Positions 52,731 through 64,000 of a stretch of 64,000 nt of DNA are shown piece by piece. The notes beneath the pieces were generated by a model that was given only the letters and a program-made list of their open reading frames with translations, had not been told where the DNA came from and made no database searches. Each line of letters opens with the position of its first letter. Within the stretch, counting starts at the first letter, position 1. This DNA comes from an uncultured delta proteobacterium (GTDB taxonomy: Bacteria; Myxococcota; Kuafuiibacteriia; Kuafuiibacteriales; Kuafuiibacteriaceae), in assembly GCA_963803435.1 (NCBI GenBank), contig CAWDML010000001.1, forward strand, positions 3,072,001 to 3,136,000, written 5' to 3'. The translations under genes were made by a program, and so were the position numbers.

Positions 52731-52852
52731 CGGTCACGGCGCCGGATGCTACCTCGGCCCTATGACGAGCACGACCTGCCCTCGCACAACTTGCAGGAAC
52801 ACCCGACGGAGCTCGCCGGTTCCGCACGGGTGCGCGTGCAGGATCGTCCCAC

Positions 52853-55467
52853 ATGACCGTCCTGCGTCGCGTACGACGCGCTGCGACTGGATGTCTCTTT
52901 CTCGCCGGCGCCGTGGTGGCGCCGCAGCTCGGCGTCGACGGCCTCGAGGTCCCACTCCCGCGATCGATCCTTCCGCTGCCCGTCGCGGTCGAGTGCGGTA
53001 GCGCGACCGTTCGGATCACGCTCGCGGGCGCGACGTTCCAGCTCGACGCCCTGCGCCTCCGCGATCCGCGCGGACGCGGCACGCTCACCATTCCTCGCGC
53101 CGAGATCGATCCCGCGGGGCGAATCTCGATCCCTCATGCGGAGCTCGACGTCGCCGCCGCGCCGACCTCGCCCCCGGAGCGCTCCGATCCGATCGCGTCC
53201 GCCCGTGCGATCCGGACCGCGCTCGCGGAGGTCGCTGCGACGATCCCGGTGGAGCGCGTCGGCGCCCTCACGATCGAAGACGCGACGATCCGCGTCGCGG
53301 GACGCCGGTGGAGCGAGCATGCCCGGCTCGATCTTGCCGGGGACGGCTCCGGTCTGAGGGGCCTGGTGAGCCTGGGATCAGTGTTCCCTCAGGCGGATCT
53401 ATTCGTCGAGGTCGCACCCGGGCGCCTCGCGCTCAGCGCCGAGCTCGACTCGGCCCTGGTCGGCGACTTTCTGGTGTCGGGCCGGGCCTCCCTCGTCGAC
53501 GACGTCGTCAACTTCGATCTCGGCGTCGACGGCACCCGCATCGACGGTGCGGGACGCCTTGCGCCCGGACGCTTCGAGGTGGACGCGTGCTCGGGCCGGA
53601 CCAATCTCTCCTGGATTCGCCGCCACTGGCTCCCGCAGCTGGCGCCGGGCGCGCGGCGCTGGGTCGATCGCCACCTCGTCCGCGGGACCGCCTCTACCGG
53701 GCACCTCGCGGGCATCGGCGATTCGTTCACGCTCGACTTCGGCTTCGAGGGCGTCGACGCCGACCTCCCGGGTGTCCCGCTCCCGATCTCTCACGCGCGC
53801 GGGCGCGGCCGGATCACCGCCGATCGTCTCGAGCTTTGGGTCGACCGGGCACGCGCGGGTTCCCTCGCGGCCCGGCGGGGGCGCGTCGTGGTCACCGGCC
53901 TGGGAGCGCAAGCAGGGCGCCTCACCCTGCGGGCGGATCTCCTCGGCCCCGCCGCCGGAGCGCTCCAGCTGCTCGACGCGCCGCCGTTCCGGCCCGATCG
54001 ATCTCGGGCCATGCGGAGCTGCACCTGGCGCTCACCGCGCCGTATCGCGGGACGCTCCGCACCCGCGCGCTCGCGCTGACGGTCCGCGGGACCGCGCACG
54101 ACGTGACGCTTCACGACTACCGCTTCCTCGATCGCTTCTCGGTGAGCGGCGCAGACTTCGCGATCGACGCCGATCGTGAGCATCTGGCCCTCGATGGTAC
54201 CGCCGCGATTGAGGGGGTCCCGATGGCCGTCTCCTGGTCGACGCCGAACCACGTCCATGTCCGAGCGATGCTCGGCCGTGACGAGCGGTCGGCGCTGGGG
54301 CTGGCCGAGCTGGAGGAGCTCGCCGGGCCCGTCTCGGTCGATTTCACCGCCACCGTCGACGGCGACCGCGTCCGCAGCACCGGCACGATTGATCTGGCAG
54401 AGGCGATGGTCGAGATCCCCTCGCTGGGATGGACCAAGCACGCCGGGGCCAAGGCCGGCCTGCGCTTCGCCGCCGAGCTTCGCCCCGACGGTGCCCTCGA
54501 CATCCCCCACTTCGCGCTCGAGTCCCGCGACTTGACGGCGACCGGAGCGCTCGAGCTCGATGCGCACCGCGCGCTCGCGGCCCTCCAGACCCACGTCGTC
54601 CAGGGCGAGAGCGACTTTCGTCTGAGACGGCACGGGCGCGACACCGTCATCTTCGGCGACCGCTTCGACGCCCGGCCGCTGGTCGATCGACTGCAGGGAA
54701 CCGGCGGGCCCCAGGGCTCGAACGCAGAGCGGACGGTCCACGTCGATCTCGGCCACGTGCGCCTCTCGGAGGACGTGACGCTCGATCGCGTGTCCGGGTT
54801 GGTCGAGGTCGAGCGGGGCCGGCTGCGCGCGGCGAGCGGACGCGTCAGCCTGCGGGGGGCTCCGCTCTCGCTTCGGGCGCATCGCCGTCCCGACGGCTAT
54901 CGGATCGACGCCCGCTCCACCGATGCGGGCCGTCTCTCGAGCGCGCTCGGCATCCCCGGCTCGATCCGCGGTGGTAACGCCCACATCACCGGCGTCCTCT
55001 CGCGCGCGCTGGTGTTCGACGGTCGCGCGGTGATGCGCCGGTTCAGGGTCGATCGGCCACCGCCAGCGGCGCGCGTGATCAGCGCGACCTCGATCGCCGG
55101 GATCCTGGCGTTGATCCGCGGCGAGGGGCTGCACTTCGATCGCGCCGACATCCGCTTCTCCCTCTCGAAGAAGAGCCTGGAGATCGCCGACGCGCACACC
55201 TCCGGCGGCCCGCTCGGTCTGTCGGCGCGCGGGCGGATCGACCTCGATTCTCGGCAGGCCCATCTGCTGGCTCGCGCCGCGCCCCTCGACGACATCAACA
55301 AGCTGATCCGCCACATCCCGGTCCTGGGCCGGCTCCTGGCCCCCGAGGGGGACGCGCTCCTCTTCGCGCCGTCTTACCGGATCGACGGCGACCTGGACCA
55401 CGCGGAGGTCCGCGTCCAGCCGCACACACTCCTGATACCCGCGTTCCTGAGGCGCCTGTTCGAGTGA
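52853..55467 (+). CDS. AsmA-like/YhdP-type (DUF3971, AsmA_2) protein (frameshift near 53990)
   Basis: Beta-rich repeats, W.P......R.W....L..G, LGWTK..G, and C-terminal G..FD...G..LGL.A.G.IDL...IP.LG.LL...Y.I.G.L....V.V.P..LL.P.FLR.LF. Confidence 0.75.
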
Positions 55468-55474
55468 GCCTGCG

Positions 55475-58400
55475 TCACCGAACTTCGAGGTGTCCGCCGC
55501 CGGCGAGCGCGCGCACGTTCGGAATCGTACATCGCCTCCGCTTGCGCGTGCGGCAGCGTGTACGTGCCACGGGTGACCGCGCGGCTGGCGTAGAAGAACT
55601 TCCGCGACTGGCCGGGCGCAAGGTCCGTGTAGAACACGATCCGATCGTCGCGGACATCTGCGTAGTCGGCGGGCGTGGCGTCCTTCAGCCACTCGAGACC
55701 CGCGGGCTCCTCGACGAGCCGCGGATTCTCAATCTCGAGCCCGGCCGGGAGCAGGTCGATGACAGCGACGTTCGGAACCGCCGTTCCCTCCGGCGCTCGT
55801 ACCGTCAGCTCAGTCATCACGAGATCGCCCTGCTTCACCGCCGAGCCCTGGATCGGTGTCCCGCCCACATCGAGCAGCCGCCGCTCGACGTCGAGCCCGT
55901 CGGCGGCCGCCGGGGGGAGCGTGTCCGACGAGATCCCGCTGACGCGGAAGCCGACGTACGCCTTGCCCGACCCGGTCACCGTCACCTCGATCGTCTTGCC
56001 GGCCCAGTCAGGTCCGCTGCTCTCGAGCACCAGCGGCGCCGAGCTCTCGAACCGCCTCACGTCCTTGCCGTCGATCCGCACCGTGCCCCAGAAGTACTTC
56101 TCGGCGCCCAGCTTTCGGCTCATCTTCCCCAGCGCCAGCAGCGCGAACGCGTTCTCCTGCGTGGTGGCCCAGCGACCGTCGGTCGCTCGGTTGCCGAGCA
56201 CATCGAGGAGCGTGGGAACGCTCGGGTGATCCGGTCGCAGGTCGGCAAGGATCGAGAGCGCGAGCGCGTCGGCGCGGGTCGAGGAGAAGAAGCCGCTCCT
56301 GGCGACCTGCGCGGTGGAGACCAGCTCCTCGGCGAGCAGCTTGTTGGCCCGCTCCTGAAGCCCTGCGTGGGCGAGCCCGCCCGCCAGCAGCACGCGCACC
56401 TCGTTGTCGACGGGCACCTCCGAATCGTCCTCGGTGAGCGCGTGCTCGAAGCGGTCCGTGAGGTAATCCAGCGCGCTCGGATCGGGGTGTCCGGCGAGCG
56501 CGAGCACGTAGAGGGCATAGGCGCGGGTCCTGAAGTCGATCCGCTCCCGATAGCTCCCCGCCACCGTCCCCGCGCCGATCATCCCGAGGTGCGCCAGCAG
56601 CTTGCCGAGGGCCTCCGGGTCGACCGCAAAGCCGGCCCGGTCCGCCTCCACCAGGAAGTGCGCGCCGTAGACCGTGCTCCACGGCTGACCCCAGCTCTCG
56701 CCCGGCCAATACGAGAGACCGCCGCCGGGCATCATCATCCCGAGCACGCGACCGATGCCCGCCGACACGAAGTGATCGCGCACGTTTCCCGGAGCCAGCC
56801 CCTTGCCGACGGTCCTCGCCAGATCGCGGAGATACAGGAGCGGAAAGGCGCGGGAGGTCGTCTGCTCCACGCAGCCGTGCGGATACTGGAGCAGGTACGA
56901 GAGCGACTCTCCGAAGCGAAACGCGGGGTGGGAGCCGATCTCCAGCCGCGCGTGGATCGAGGCGGGCACGAGCCCGCCGGGGAGATGGAAGCGCGCCGGC
57001 TTGACGGCCCGTGCGATCTGGCTGTCGACCCGCACGGTCGTGGTGCCGGGCGGGCGGACCTCCAGCTCCGTCGTCACCGTCGACTCGCCTGCGCTCGAGC
57101 GGCCGGTCACCGCCACCGAGGCCTTGCCGGGCACCTCGCCCGCCTTCAGCGTGAACAGGGCGGTCGCGCTTCCGCCTGCCTCCACCGACACCGCGCTTTC
57201 GGGAGCGCCCTCGACGCCGAGACTCCCCTCGGTCGTCACGCGCAGCGCGACCTGCACGGGGGCACGCGTGGTGTTGAAGACCTGCACCGGCATCTCGAAG
57301 CGATCGAGCGTCCCGGCGAACCGCGGAAGCGACGGCGACACCACCACCGGATCCGCCACCCGCACGCGCGCCGCCGCCGAGCCGAAGCGATCGCCGGCGA
57401 AGCCGACGGCCATCAGCCGCAGCGTCCCCGTCAGCTGGGGGACATCGAGCTCGACGAGGGCCGAACCGTCCGCGCCTGCCGCCACCACGCCGGACCAGAG
57501 CGCCACCGGCTTCACCCGCCGCGCCCCAGAGGGACCGAGGTGGCGCGCCCTGAAGGCAGCGTCTCCGCCCGAGGCGTCGAGCTTCTTGCCGGGCCGCGCT
57601 TCGACCTCGGGCAGCGCCATCCCGTACAGGTCGTGCGTGGTCAGCCCGAGCCGGCGCCGCCGGGTGAAGAAGCGGAACGGATCGGGCGATTCGAATCCGT
57701 CCAGGCGGAGCAGGCCCTCGTCGACCGCCGCCACCGTGAAGTGAGGGGCCTTCGTCGCGCCCAGCCCGCGCAGGCGGATCTGCAGCTTGCCTTGCGGTCG
57801 CATCTCCGCGGGCGCCTCGATCTTCACGTCGAGCGCGTGGCGAAGACTCTTCACCTCGAGCGGCGCCACCCCGAACGCGCGCAGGGCGGCCTCCGACTCC
57901 GCCGGGTCGGGGCGCCGCACCTGCTGCGCCACCACGTAGGCGTTCGGGCTCATCGACTCCAGGATCGGGATCGGGACCGTAGTGGTGTCGCCTTCCACGT
58001 CGAACGTGCCCTGCCAGAGGACGCGGTCGCGCTCCACAGTGACGAGCAGCTTCCCCGAAGAGAAGGGCGCACGCACCATGACGCGCGCGCTCTCTCCCAC
58101 GTCGTAGCGGGCGCGATCGGGAGAGATCGCGAGACGATCCGGGCGCGACACGGACCACCCCGCCGTCCCGGCCCCGCTGACCCAGAAGCGGTACGAGCTC
58201 TTGGCGCCCTTCGCCGTCTGCACCTCGATCCGATAGCGGCCCACCTGTGGCGGCGTGTACGGCAGCGGCACCGCTTCGGCCCCGCTGGTGACGGCGAGCT
58301 GATCCGCGACCGTCTCCGAGAAGTGCGACGTGTAGCGATAGCGACCGTCGACGAGCTTGAGGATCGTACGCCACTGCTCCTCGTACACGGTCGCCGTCAC

Positions 58401-60785
58401 CGGGACGTTCGCCACCGGCTGTCCGTCGGGATCGACGACCACCACCTCGAGGGCCGCGTCGCTCCCCTCTTCGACCTGGTAGCTGTCGCTGTTGCGGCGC
58501 ACGCCGACGTAGTGCGGGAGCGGCTGCAGCGTGACACCGCCGGAGCCGGTGACCGAGCGACCTCCCTTCTCGAACGCGGTGGCGCGGAGCGACACGCGCA
58601 CGGGCCCGAGCGCGCTCCTTCCGTCCTCGAGGGCGCACGTCCGTTCGATCTTCCCCTCACCGTCGAGGGTGAAGCGTCCGAGTGCCTCGTTCGCGGACAG
58701 CGAGCTCGCACCCTGCCCTCGGTCGGGCGCAAAGGTGAAGGCAGAGAAGGCGGGCGTCGTGAAGGGCCGCTCCTCGAAGCGGCAGGCGAGCTCGACCTCG
58801 AGGCCGGCGGCCGGCGGGCCGAACAGATGGCGCCCCCGCGCTCGAAACGGCACCGGGGCCGCGAACGTCGCCTCGGTGTCGAGGGCCTCCACCTCGACGC
58901 CGATCCGCTCGGGGATGAAGTCTTCGACCGCGAACGCGGCCTCGCCGAGGACGTCGTCCCCCGCGCCGATGATGCGGGCCGTCCAGCGGCCGGTGGGAGC
59001 GTCGCGCGGAATCGCGACGTCGAAGCTCTGCGCGCCGTCGGCCGACGCCGCGCCCTTGAGCACGCGGAAGGTCCGCCAGCCCGGATCGCGCACCTCCACC
59101 ACGAACGCGAAGGCGGGCGGGGTACCGAGCGAGCGATCGCGAAGCAACGCGGTGAAGTGCGCGGTGTCGCCGGGGCGATACGTCCCTCGATCGGTGTACG
59201 CGAACGCCTCGTAGGCGGCCGACGTCTCCGCGTCACCGCCGACGTCCAGATCGGAGGTCGGCAGCGCCGTCCCCTGGAGCGGGAGGTAGGAGACGTCGCG
59301 TCCCAGTCGCGCGATCACCAGGCTCACCGGGTCGTCGAAGTGCGCACGCACGCTGGCGACGCCTCGCGCGTCGGTCGCGACCCTTGCGAGGGATGCGTTG
59401 GTCCGGGAGAGCAGCTCGATCTCAGCGCCGGCGACCGGGTCGAGCTTCTGGAGCGAGACCACCTGCACGCGCGTGAGCTCGTCGCCGATCTTCGCGGTGA
59501 TCCCGAGATCGGTGGCGAGCGCCCACTTCTGGTCGCTCACCCATTCGTCCTCCACGTCGCGAACGTCGACGAAGTAGAGCCCGCGGCGGCCGCCGGTCGA
59601 GAAGTCGTCGAACGAGAGCGCTGTGCGCACACGCTGGTTTTTTCGCTCGTCGACGTCGATCGCGGTCTTGAAGATCTCTCGGCCCATCGACGTCGGCACG
59701 CTGTTGCGATCGAGCCGCGACACCACGTGCACCAGGTTGTTCTCGAACACTTTGGTCACGGTCACCGCCAGATGCGAGACGTTGATGGTGTCGACCGCGA
59801 TCTGCCGGCTCCCCGACCTGAGCAGCACGAGGCCGTCGTCGGGGAAGCGCACGACCGGTGCGAGATCCGGCATCTCGATCGTGTGCACCACGTCCTCGAC
59901 GAGCGGCAGGCCTCCCTGGGCGGCGAGCCCGCGCTTCACCGTGATGGTGTAGCGCGCGCGGGGCGCGAACGTGCCGTACGCGGTGGCGCCGTGGTAGGTC
60001 TCGACGAACCGCACCTCCACCGGCGGCGAGATCGTCACCAGCGGGCCGAGCGCGGAGGCGTCGATCCCGGCGCTGAAGCGGAGCGCGATTCCGAGGTCCG
60101 TGCCCTGCTGGGTGGCCTCGATCGACTCGACGCGAAGCGGTGCATTGTCGTCGTCTCGCAGGGTCCGCACGACCGGCTTACCGAGCGCCTCACCTCCGCT
60201 CTTCGGGGCGAGCGTCGCGTCAATCCGGATCGCCAGCTCGGCGTCGGCCGGCACCGGTGCCAGCGAGAAGGCCATCACCGAGCCGGCCTCGTTCGTGTCG
60301 AGCTCTGCGGCCACCGGCCGGCCTTTCTTGTCTCTGAAGGTGATCGCGGCGCGGGCAGCCTCGACCGTGACCGGGTGCGTGAGCTCGACGTTGACCCGGG
60401 GGCGCACACCCTCCGGCACCACCTCGTAGAGCGCCTCCACCGAGGCCAGCCCGAACATCGGGGTGTGGAAGGTGAACTCCGGTGCGCCCGGCAGCAAGAC
60501 CCGGACCCGATAGCGCGTGCTCTCGGCGAGCTCGACCATCGGGACGAACTGCAAGGTGTCCTGCGAGACCCAGCGATAGTGTCCTTCGACCGGGGGCACG
60601 ATCGAGAGCAGCTTGTCGCCCTCGACCGCGAGCGGCTTCGAGAACTTCACCTCGATCGCGCGGGTGGTCTCGACCAGACCCTCCGGACCGAACGAGACCA
60701 CCTCGACGCGGCCCGCCGGCCGTGACTCGGAACGGCACGCTGCCAGGCCGACCAGCGTCACCACCGCGACGAGCGAAGATCGCAT
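55475..60785 (-). CDS. Bacterial alpha-2-macroglobulin lipoprotein (frameshift near the C-terminus)
   Basis: LAAC lipobox, TDRGTYRPGD, AAVDEG, thioester YPHGCVEQ, TTQENA.AL, DLLPAGLE, DVRDDR, AEAMYD. The true tail is probably ...PNVRALAGGGHLEVR*. Confidence 0.9.
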
Positions 60786-61687
60786 CACTGCTTGGCGAAG
60801 AAGCGCAGGATGGCCTTCTGGGCGTGGAGACGGTTCTCCGCCTGATCCCAGATCGCGGACTGCGGGCCGTACATCGTCTCCGCGTCGATCTCGTCGTCGC
60901 GGATCGCCGGCAGACAGTGCATCACGATCGCGTCGTCCTTCGCCTTCTTCAGCGCCTTGGCGTTGATCTTGTAGCCCTTGAAGGTCTTGCGCCGCTTCTT
61001 CGACTCTTCCTCTTGGCCCATCGATACCCATGTGTCCGTGTAGAGAACGTCGGCGCCGGCGAACGCCTCGTCAGGGTCGACCACCTGCTCCACCTTGCCG
61101 GCCAACTTCTCCGCCTCCTCCAGCACCTCGTCCGGCAGCCCGTACCCCTTTGGGGAGGCCACCACCACGTCCATGCCGAGCGCCGCCGCCAGCAAACCGG
61201 TGGAGGTGGCCACGTTGTTACCTTCGCCCACGTACCCGAGCTTGAGGCCCTCCAGCTTGCCCTTGCGCTCGAGGATCGTCTGGAGATCGGCGATCGCCTG
61301 GGTCGGGTGCCGGTCGTCGGAGAGCGCGTTGATCACCGGGATTCGCGAGTACTCCATCATCTCCACCAGCTTCGCCTGCTCGAAGACGCGAGCCACCAGC
61401 ATCGACACGTACCGCCCGATCACCGAGGCAAAGTCGGCGACCTCTTCACCCTTCCCCACCTTCGTGTTGTTGCTCCCCAGCTCGACCACGTGGCCGCCGA
61501 GCTCGTGGACCCCGATGGTGAAGGAGGTCCGCGTCCGGACCGACGGCTTCTCGAAGAACAAGGCCACGTGCTTGCCCTCGAGATCGTTGGTCCGACGCCG
61601 TCCGTCCTTCAACCAGGCTGCGTCCTCGAGGATCTTCTTGGTCTCTTCGACCGAGAGATCGAGCTCCGATAGATAGCTTCTCGCCAT
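60785..61687 (-). CDS. argF: Ornithine carbamoyltransferase
   Basis: FEKPS.RTR.SF, HPTQ..AD, YTDTW.SMG, MHCLP and QAENRLH.QKA motifs. Confidence 0.95.
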   Translation of the reverse strand: MARSYLSELDLSVEETKKILEDAAWLKDGRRRTNDLEGKHVALFFEKPSVRTRTSFTIGVHELGGHVVELGSNNTKVGKGEEVADFASVIGRYVSMLVARVFEQAKLVEMMEYSRIPVINALSDDRHPTQAIADLQTILERKGKLEGLKLGYVGEGNNVATSTGLLAAALGMDVVVASPKGYGLPDEVLEEAEKLAGKVEQVVDPDEAFAGADVLYTDTWVSMGQEEESKKRRKTFKGYKINAKALKKAKDDAIVMHCLPAIRDDEIDAETMYGPQSAIWDQAENRLHAQKAILRFFAKQ

Positions 61688-61698
61688 GACTTCTTCTC

Positions 61699-63696
61699 CT
61701 ATGCGCGCCGAATCAACGTCCCGACGCCTCGGTCGGTGAACAGCTCGGCGATCAAGTTGTGCGGGACGCGGCCGTCCACCAGGTGGACGCGCTCGACGCC
61801 GCCCGCCAGCGCCGACAGGGCCGCCGCCACCGTGCCTCGCATGCCGCCCGTGATCTCGCCCTGCTCGACCCAGAGCTTGGCCTGATCGGAGCTCAGCTCG
61901 GTGAGCAGCCCCTCCTCTTCCATGATCCCGGCGACGTCCGAGAGATAGATCAGCTTCTCGGCCTCGATCGCGCGGGCGATCTCGGCGGCCACGATGTCGG
62001 CGTCGAGCTGGTGCGCCAGGCCCTCCTCGCCCAGGCCCACCGGCGAGATGACGGGCACGTACCCGTCCTTCTCCAGCATGTCGATCAATCGCGGATCGAT
62101 CGAAGCGAGCTCGCCCCCGGGCGCGCGCATCAGCCCGCCGTCCTTGCCGGACAGACCGACGGCGCGCGAGCCCTTCCGGTTGAGAGCGGCGACCAGACGC
62201 TGGTTCACGCGTCCGGTCAGCACCATCTCCACGGACTCGCCCTGCGCGACGGCCTCGGGCGCTCCGCCGTGCACCACGATCGGCCGAAGGCCGCACGAGC
62301 GCAGAAGCAGGACGTCCTCCGCAAACTGCTCCTCGAGCTTCGGATCGAGCATCGCAGCGCCGCCGACCTTCACCACCGCGCGGAGGCCGCGGAACTCGTC
62401 GATGTAGCGGAGGGCTTCGATCAGGATCTTCTTCTTGATCGTCGGCCCCAACCCCGTCAGGCGCTCATCGACGGCGACGCCGCCGTCCTCGGTGGTCTTG
62501 GTGATCGCGGCGTAGTCCGCGTTGATCTTCACGTAGTCGTAGGAGAGGTCGCATCCCCACGCCACCGCGGCGGCGGAGCCGAGGCCCAGGTCGAGCACCG
62601 CCTCCACCTCGGGCTCGGTCAGCCGGTGCCGGAGCCTTCGGTTCTCCACCCGGACACCACCGGTCACCACGGTCTCTCCCTGGATCGACAGTGAGGTCCG
62701 CTCGAGCCGGTAGGCGATCCCGAACCGGGCGGCCGCCCCGCCGGCCGACGCAATCATCCGCCCGCCCGCGTTGGGATCGGCGCCGAAGATCGCGGTCTTC
62801 ACCAGGAGGGAGCCCGCGATCGCCCGCGCCAGCCGCCGGGCGTCCGCCTCCGACTCCGCGCCCGCGACCCTCACCTGCAGCAGTCGGGTGGCCCCCTCGC
62901 CGTCCTTGGCGATCGCGATCGCCATCTCCTCGCAGAGGTCGACCAGAGCGCCGCGGAAGATCTCCGCGTTGTCTCCCCCGGTGATGGGTGCGTTCTCGGC
63001 GAAGCCGTTCGCCAGCGCCACCACGGCGTCGTTGGTCGACATCTCGCCGTCGACCGTCAGTTGGTTGAAGGTGCGGTCGACTGCTTCGTTCAGGCAGGCC
63101 TGCAGACACTCGGCCGAGATCTCGGCGTCCGTGGTGATGAACGCGAGCATGGTGGCGAGGGAGGGCGCCACCATCCCGGAGCCCTTGGCGATCGCGTGGA
63201 TGCGCACGCGTGTGCCCTCGATGAAGATCTCGCGGGCGCCGATCTTCGTGACCCGATCCGTGGTCAGAATGCTCTCGGCGAACGCGGTGGGATCCTCGTC
63301 GAGCGACTCGAGGTTCAGCTCGATCGCGGCGTCGATACGATCGATCGGGGGGCGGTAGCCGATGATCCCGGTGAACGAGGTGACGACCTCCTCCGCCGGT
63401 ACCCCGAGCCGATCGGCCAGGCCTGCGGCCAGCGCCAGATCCGCCTCGCGGCCGGCCTCACCGGTGAGCGCGTTGGCGTTGCCGCTCACGGCCAGGATCG
63501 CCCGGACCGGTCCGGCGCCGGCCCGGATCGCCTCCAGGCGCGCTGCACAGGGCGCACGCGACCGATTCTGCGTCACGCAGGCCGCCATCACGGCCGGCGC
63601 ATCGGCGATCAGGACACCGCAATCGGACTTGCTGTTCTTGATCCCGGCGTTGCGGCCGGCCGCCAGGAATCCGGGTGGGAGTCGTTCGGCCTTCAT
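61699..63696 (-). CDS. argJ: ArgJ ornithine acetyltransferase fused to a C-terminal ArgB-like (AAK) domain
   Basis: ArgJ: TTD, KGSGM..P.LATML, DG..STND, DGEGAT, WGCDLSYDYV.INADY. Then ArgB-like EAL.YI..F, VVK.GG, VHGG, GLSG.DG, SDV.G, ELFT..G.GT in one continuous frame. Confidence 0.9.
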   Translation of the reverse strand: MKAERLPPGFLAAGRNAGIKNSKSDCGVLIADAPAVMAACVTQNRSRAPCAARLEAIRAGAGPVRAILAVSGNANALTGEAGREADLALAAGLADRLGVPAEEVVTSFTGIIGYRPPIDRIDAAIELNLESLDEDPTAFAESILTTDRVTKIGAREIFIEGTRVRIHAIAKGSGMVAPSLATMLAFITTDAEISAECLQACLNEAVDRTFNQLTVDGEMSTNDAVVALANGFAENAPITGGDNAEIFRGALVDLCEEMAIAIAKDGEGATRLLQVRVAGAESEADARRLARAIAGSLLVKTAIFGADPNAGGRMIASAGGAAARFGIAYRLERTSLSIQGETVVTGGVRVENRRLRHRLTEPEVEAVLDLGLGSAAAVAWGCDLSYDYVKINADYAAITKTTEDGGVAVDERLTGLGPTIKKKILIEALRYIDEFRGLRAVVKVGGAAMLDPKLEEQFAEDVLLLRSCGLRPIVVHGGAPEAVAQGESVEMVLTGRVNQRLVAALNRKGSRAVGLSGKDGGLMRAPGGELASIDPRLIDMLEKDGYVPVISPVGLGEEGLAHQLDADIVAAEIARAIEAEKLIYLSDVAGIMEEEGLLTELSSDQAKLWVEQGEITGGMRGTVAAALSALAGGVERVHLVDGRVPHNLIAELFTDRGVGTLIRRA

Positions 63697-64000
63697 CGCG
63701 GGAGGAGCCCGGTTTCGCCCGGCAGACCGAGCATCAGGTTGAGGTTCTGGATCGCCTGACCCGCGGCGCCCTTCACCAGGTTGTCGATGGCGGTGAACGC
63801 GATGATTGTGCCGGTCCGCCGATCGAGCGTGGCGCTGACCTCGGCGAGGTTCGTGTAGAGCGTGCGCTGCGTCTCCGGCGGTCGGGTCACCGTGCGGATG
63901 AAGGGACGGTGCGCGGCGAAGGCGGCGTGGGCCTCGTCGATGGCGGCCTGGGTGACGCCGGAACGCGCGCGAAGATAACCGGTCACCAGGATTCCACGGC
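63693..64000 (-). CDS. argC: N-acetyl-gamma-glutamyl-phosphate reductase, C-terminal part
   Basis: RGILVT, then AIDNLVKGAAGQAIQNLNLM.G..ETGL. Confidence 0.92.
   Translation of the reverse strand, partial: RGILVTGYLRARSGVTQAAIDEAHAAFAAHRPFIRTVTRPPETQRTLYTNLAEVSATLDRRTGTIIAFTAIDNLVKGAAGQAIQNLNLMLGLPGETGLLPR

Noticed and set aside
55464-60725. Very long antisense or alternate-frame ORFs (also 22479-25505, 11259-13916, 33082-35118 and others)
   Set aside because: They are shadows of real genes, caused by stop-codon scarcity in high-GC DNA, and their translations have no motifs.

Overview
This window is high-GC bacterial DNA, most likely Myxococcota, judging from MYXO-CTERM proteins, Cys-rich lipoproteins, Hanks-type kinases and an ECF/DUF4384/caspase trio. 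It is densely coding, and I found no rRNA, tRNA or CRISPR array. Many genes carry single-base frameshifts, which points to uncorrected assembly indels. The main find is a five-gene lipid operon at 18766-29433. It encodes a FAAL, a short mycolate-type SAM cyclopropane synthase/methyltransferase, an ACP, a soluble diiron acyl-ACP desaturase, and a PfaA/PKSE-ordered type I PKS (KS-AT-ACP-KR-DH) fused to a C-terminal PLP alpha-oxoamine synthase. This is a candidate assembly line for a modified sphingoid-base-like lipid. Second is an ECF sigma/anti-sigma/exported caspase-like protease operon. Its divergent promoter carries the same GGTRAC-N16-GGTGTC motif on both strands, the second copy facing a heme-c/copper monooxygenase lipoprotein. 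Other notable items are an ArgJ fused to an apparently dead but arginine-sensing ArgB domain, a DUF4145(HEPN-like)-TM-TPR protein beside kinases, an MshEN protein with triple TxDFSxAA motifs, and a degenerate GGDEF protein. The window also holds a cytochrome/lipoprotein/DUF1501-like trio, nested mobile-element debris, zwf-opcA-pgl-gnd, an alpha-2-macroglobulin and arg genes. All family assignments come from motif recognition by eye; no searches were run.
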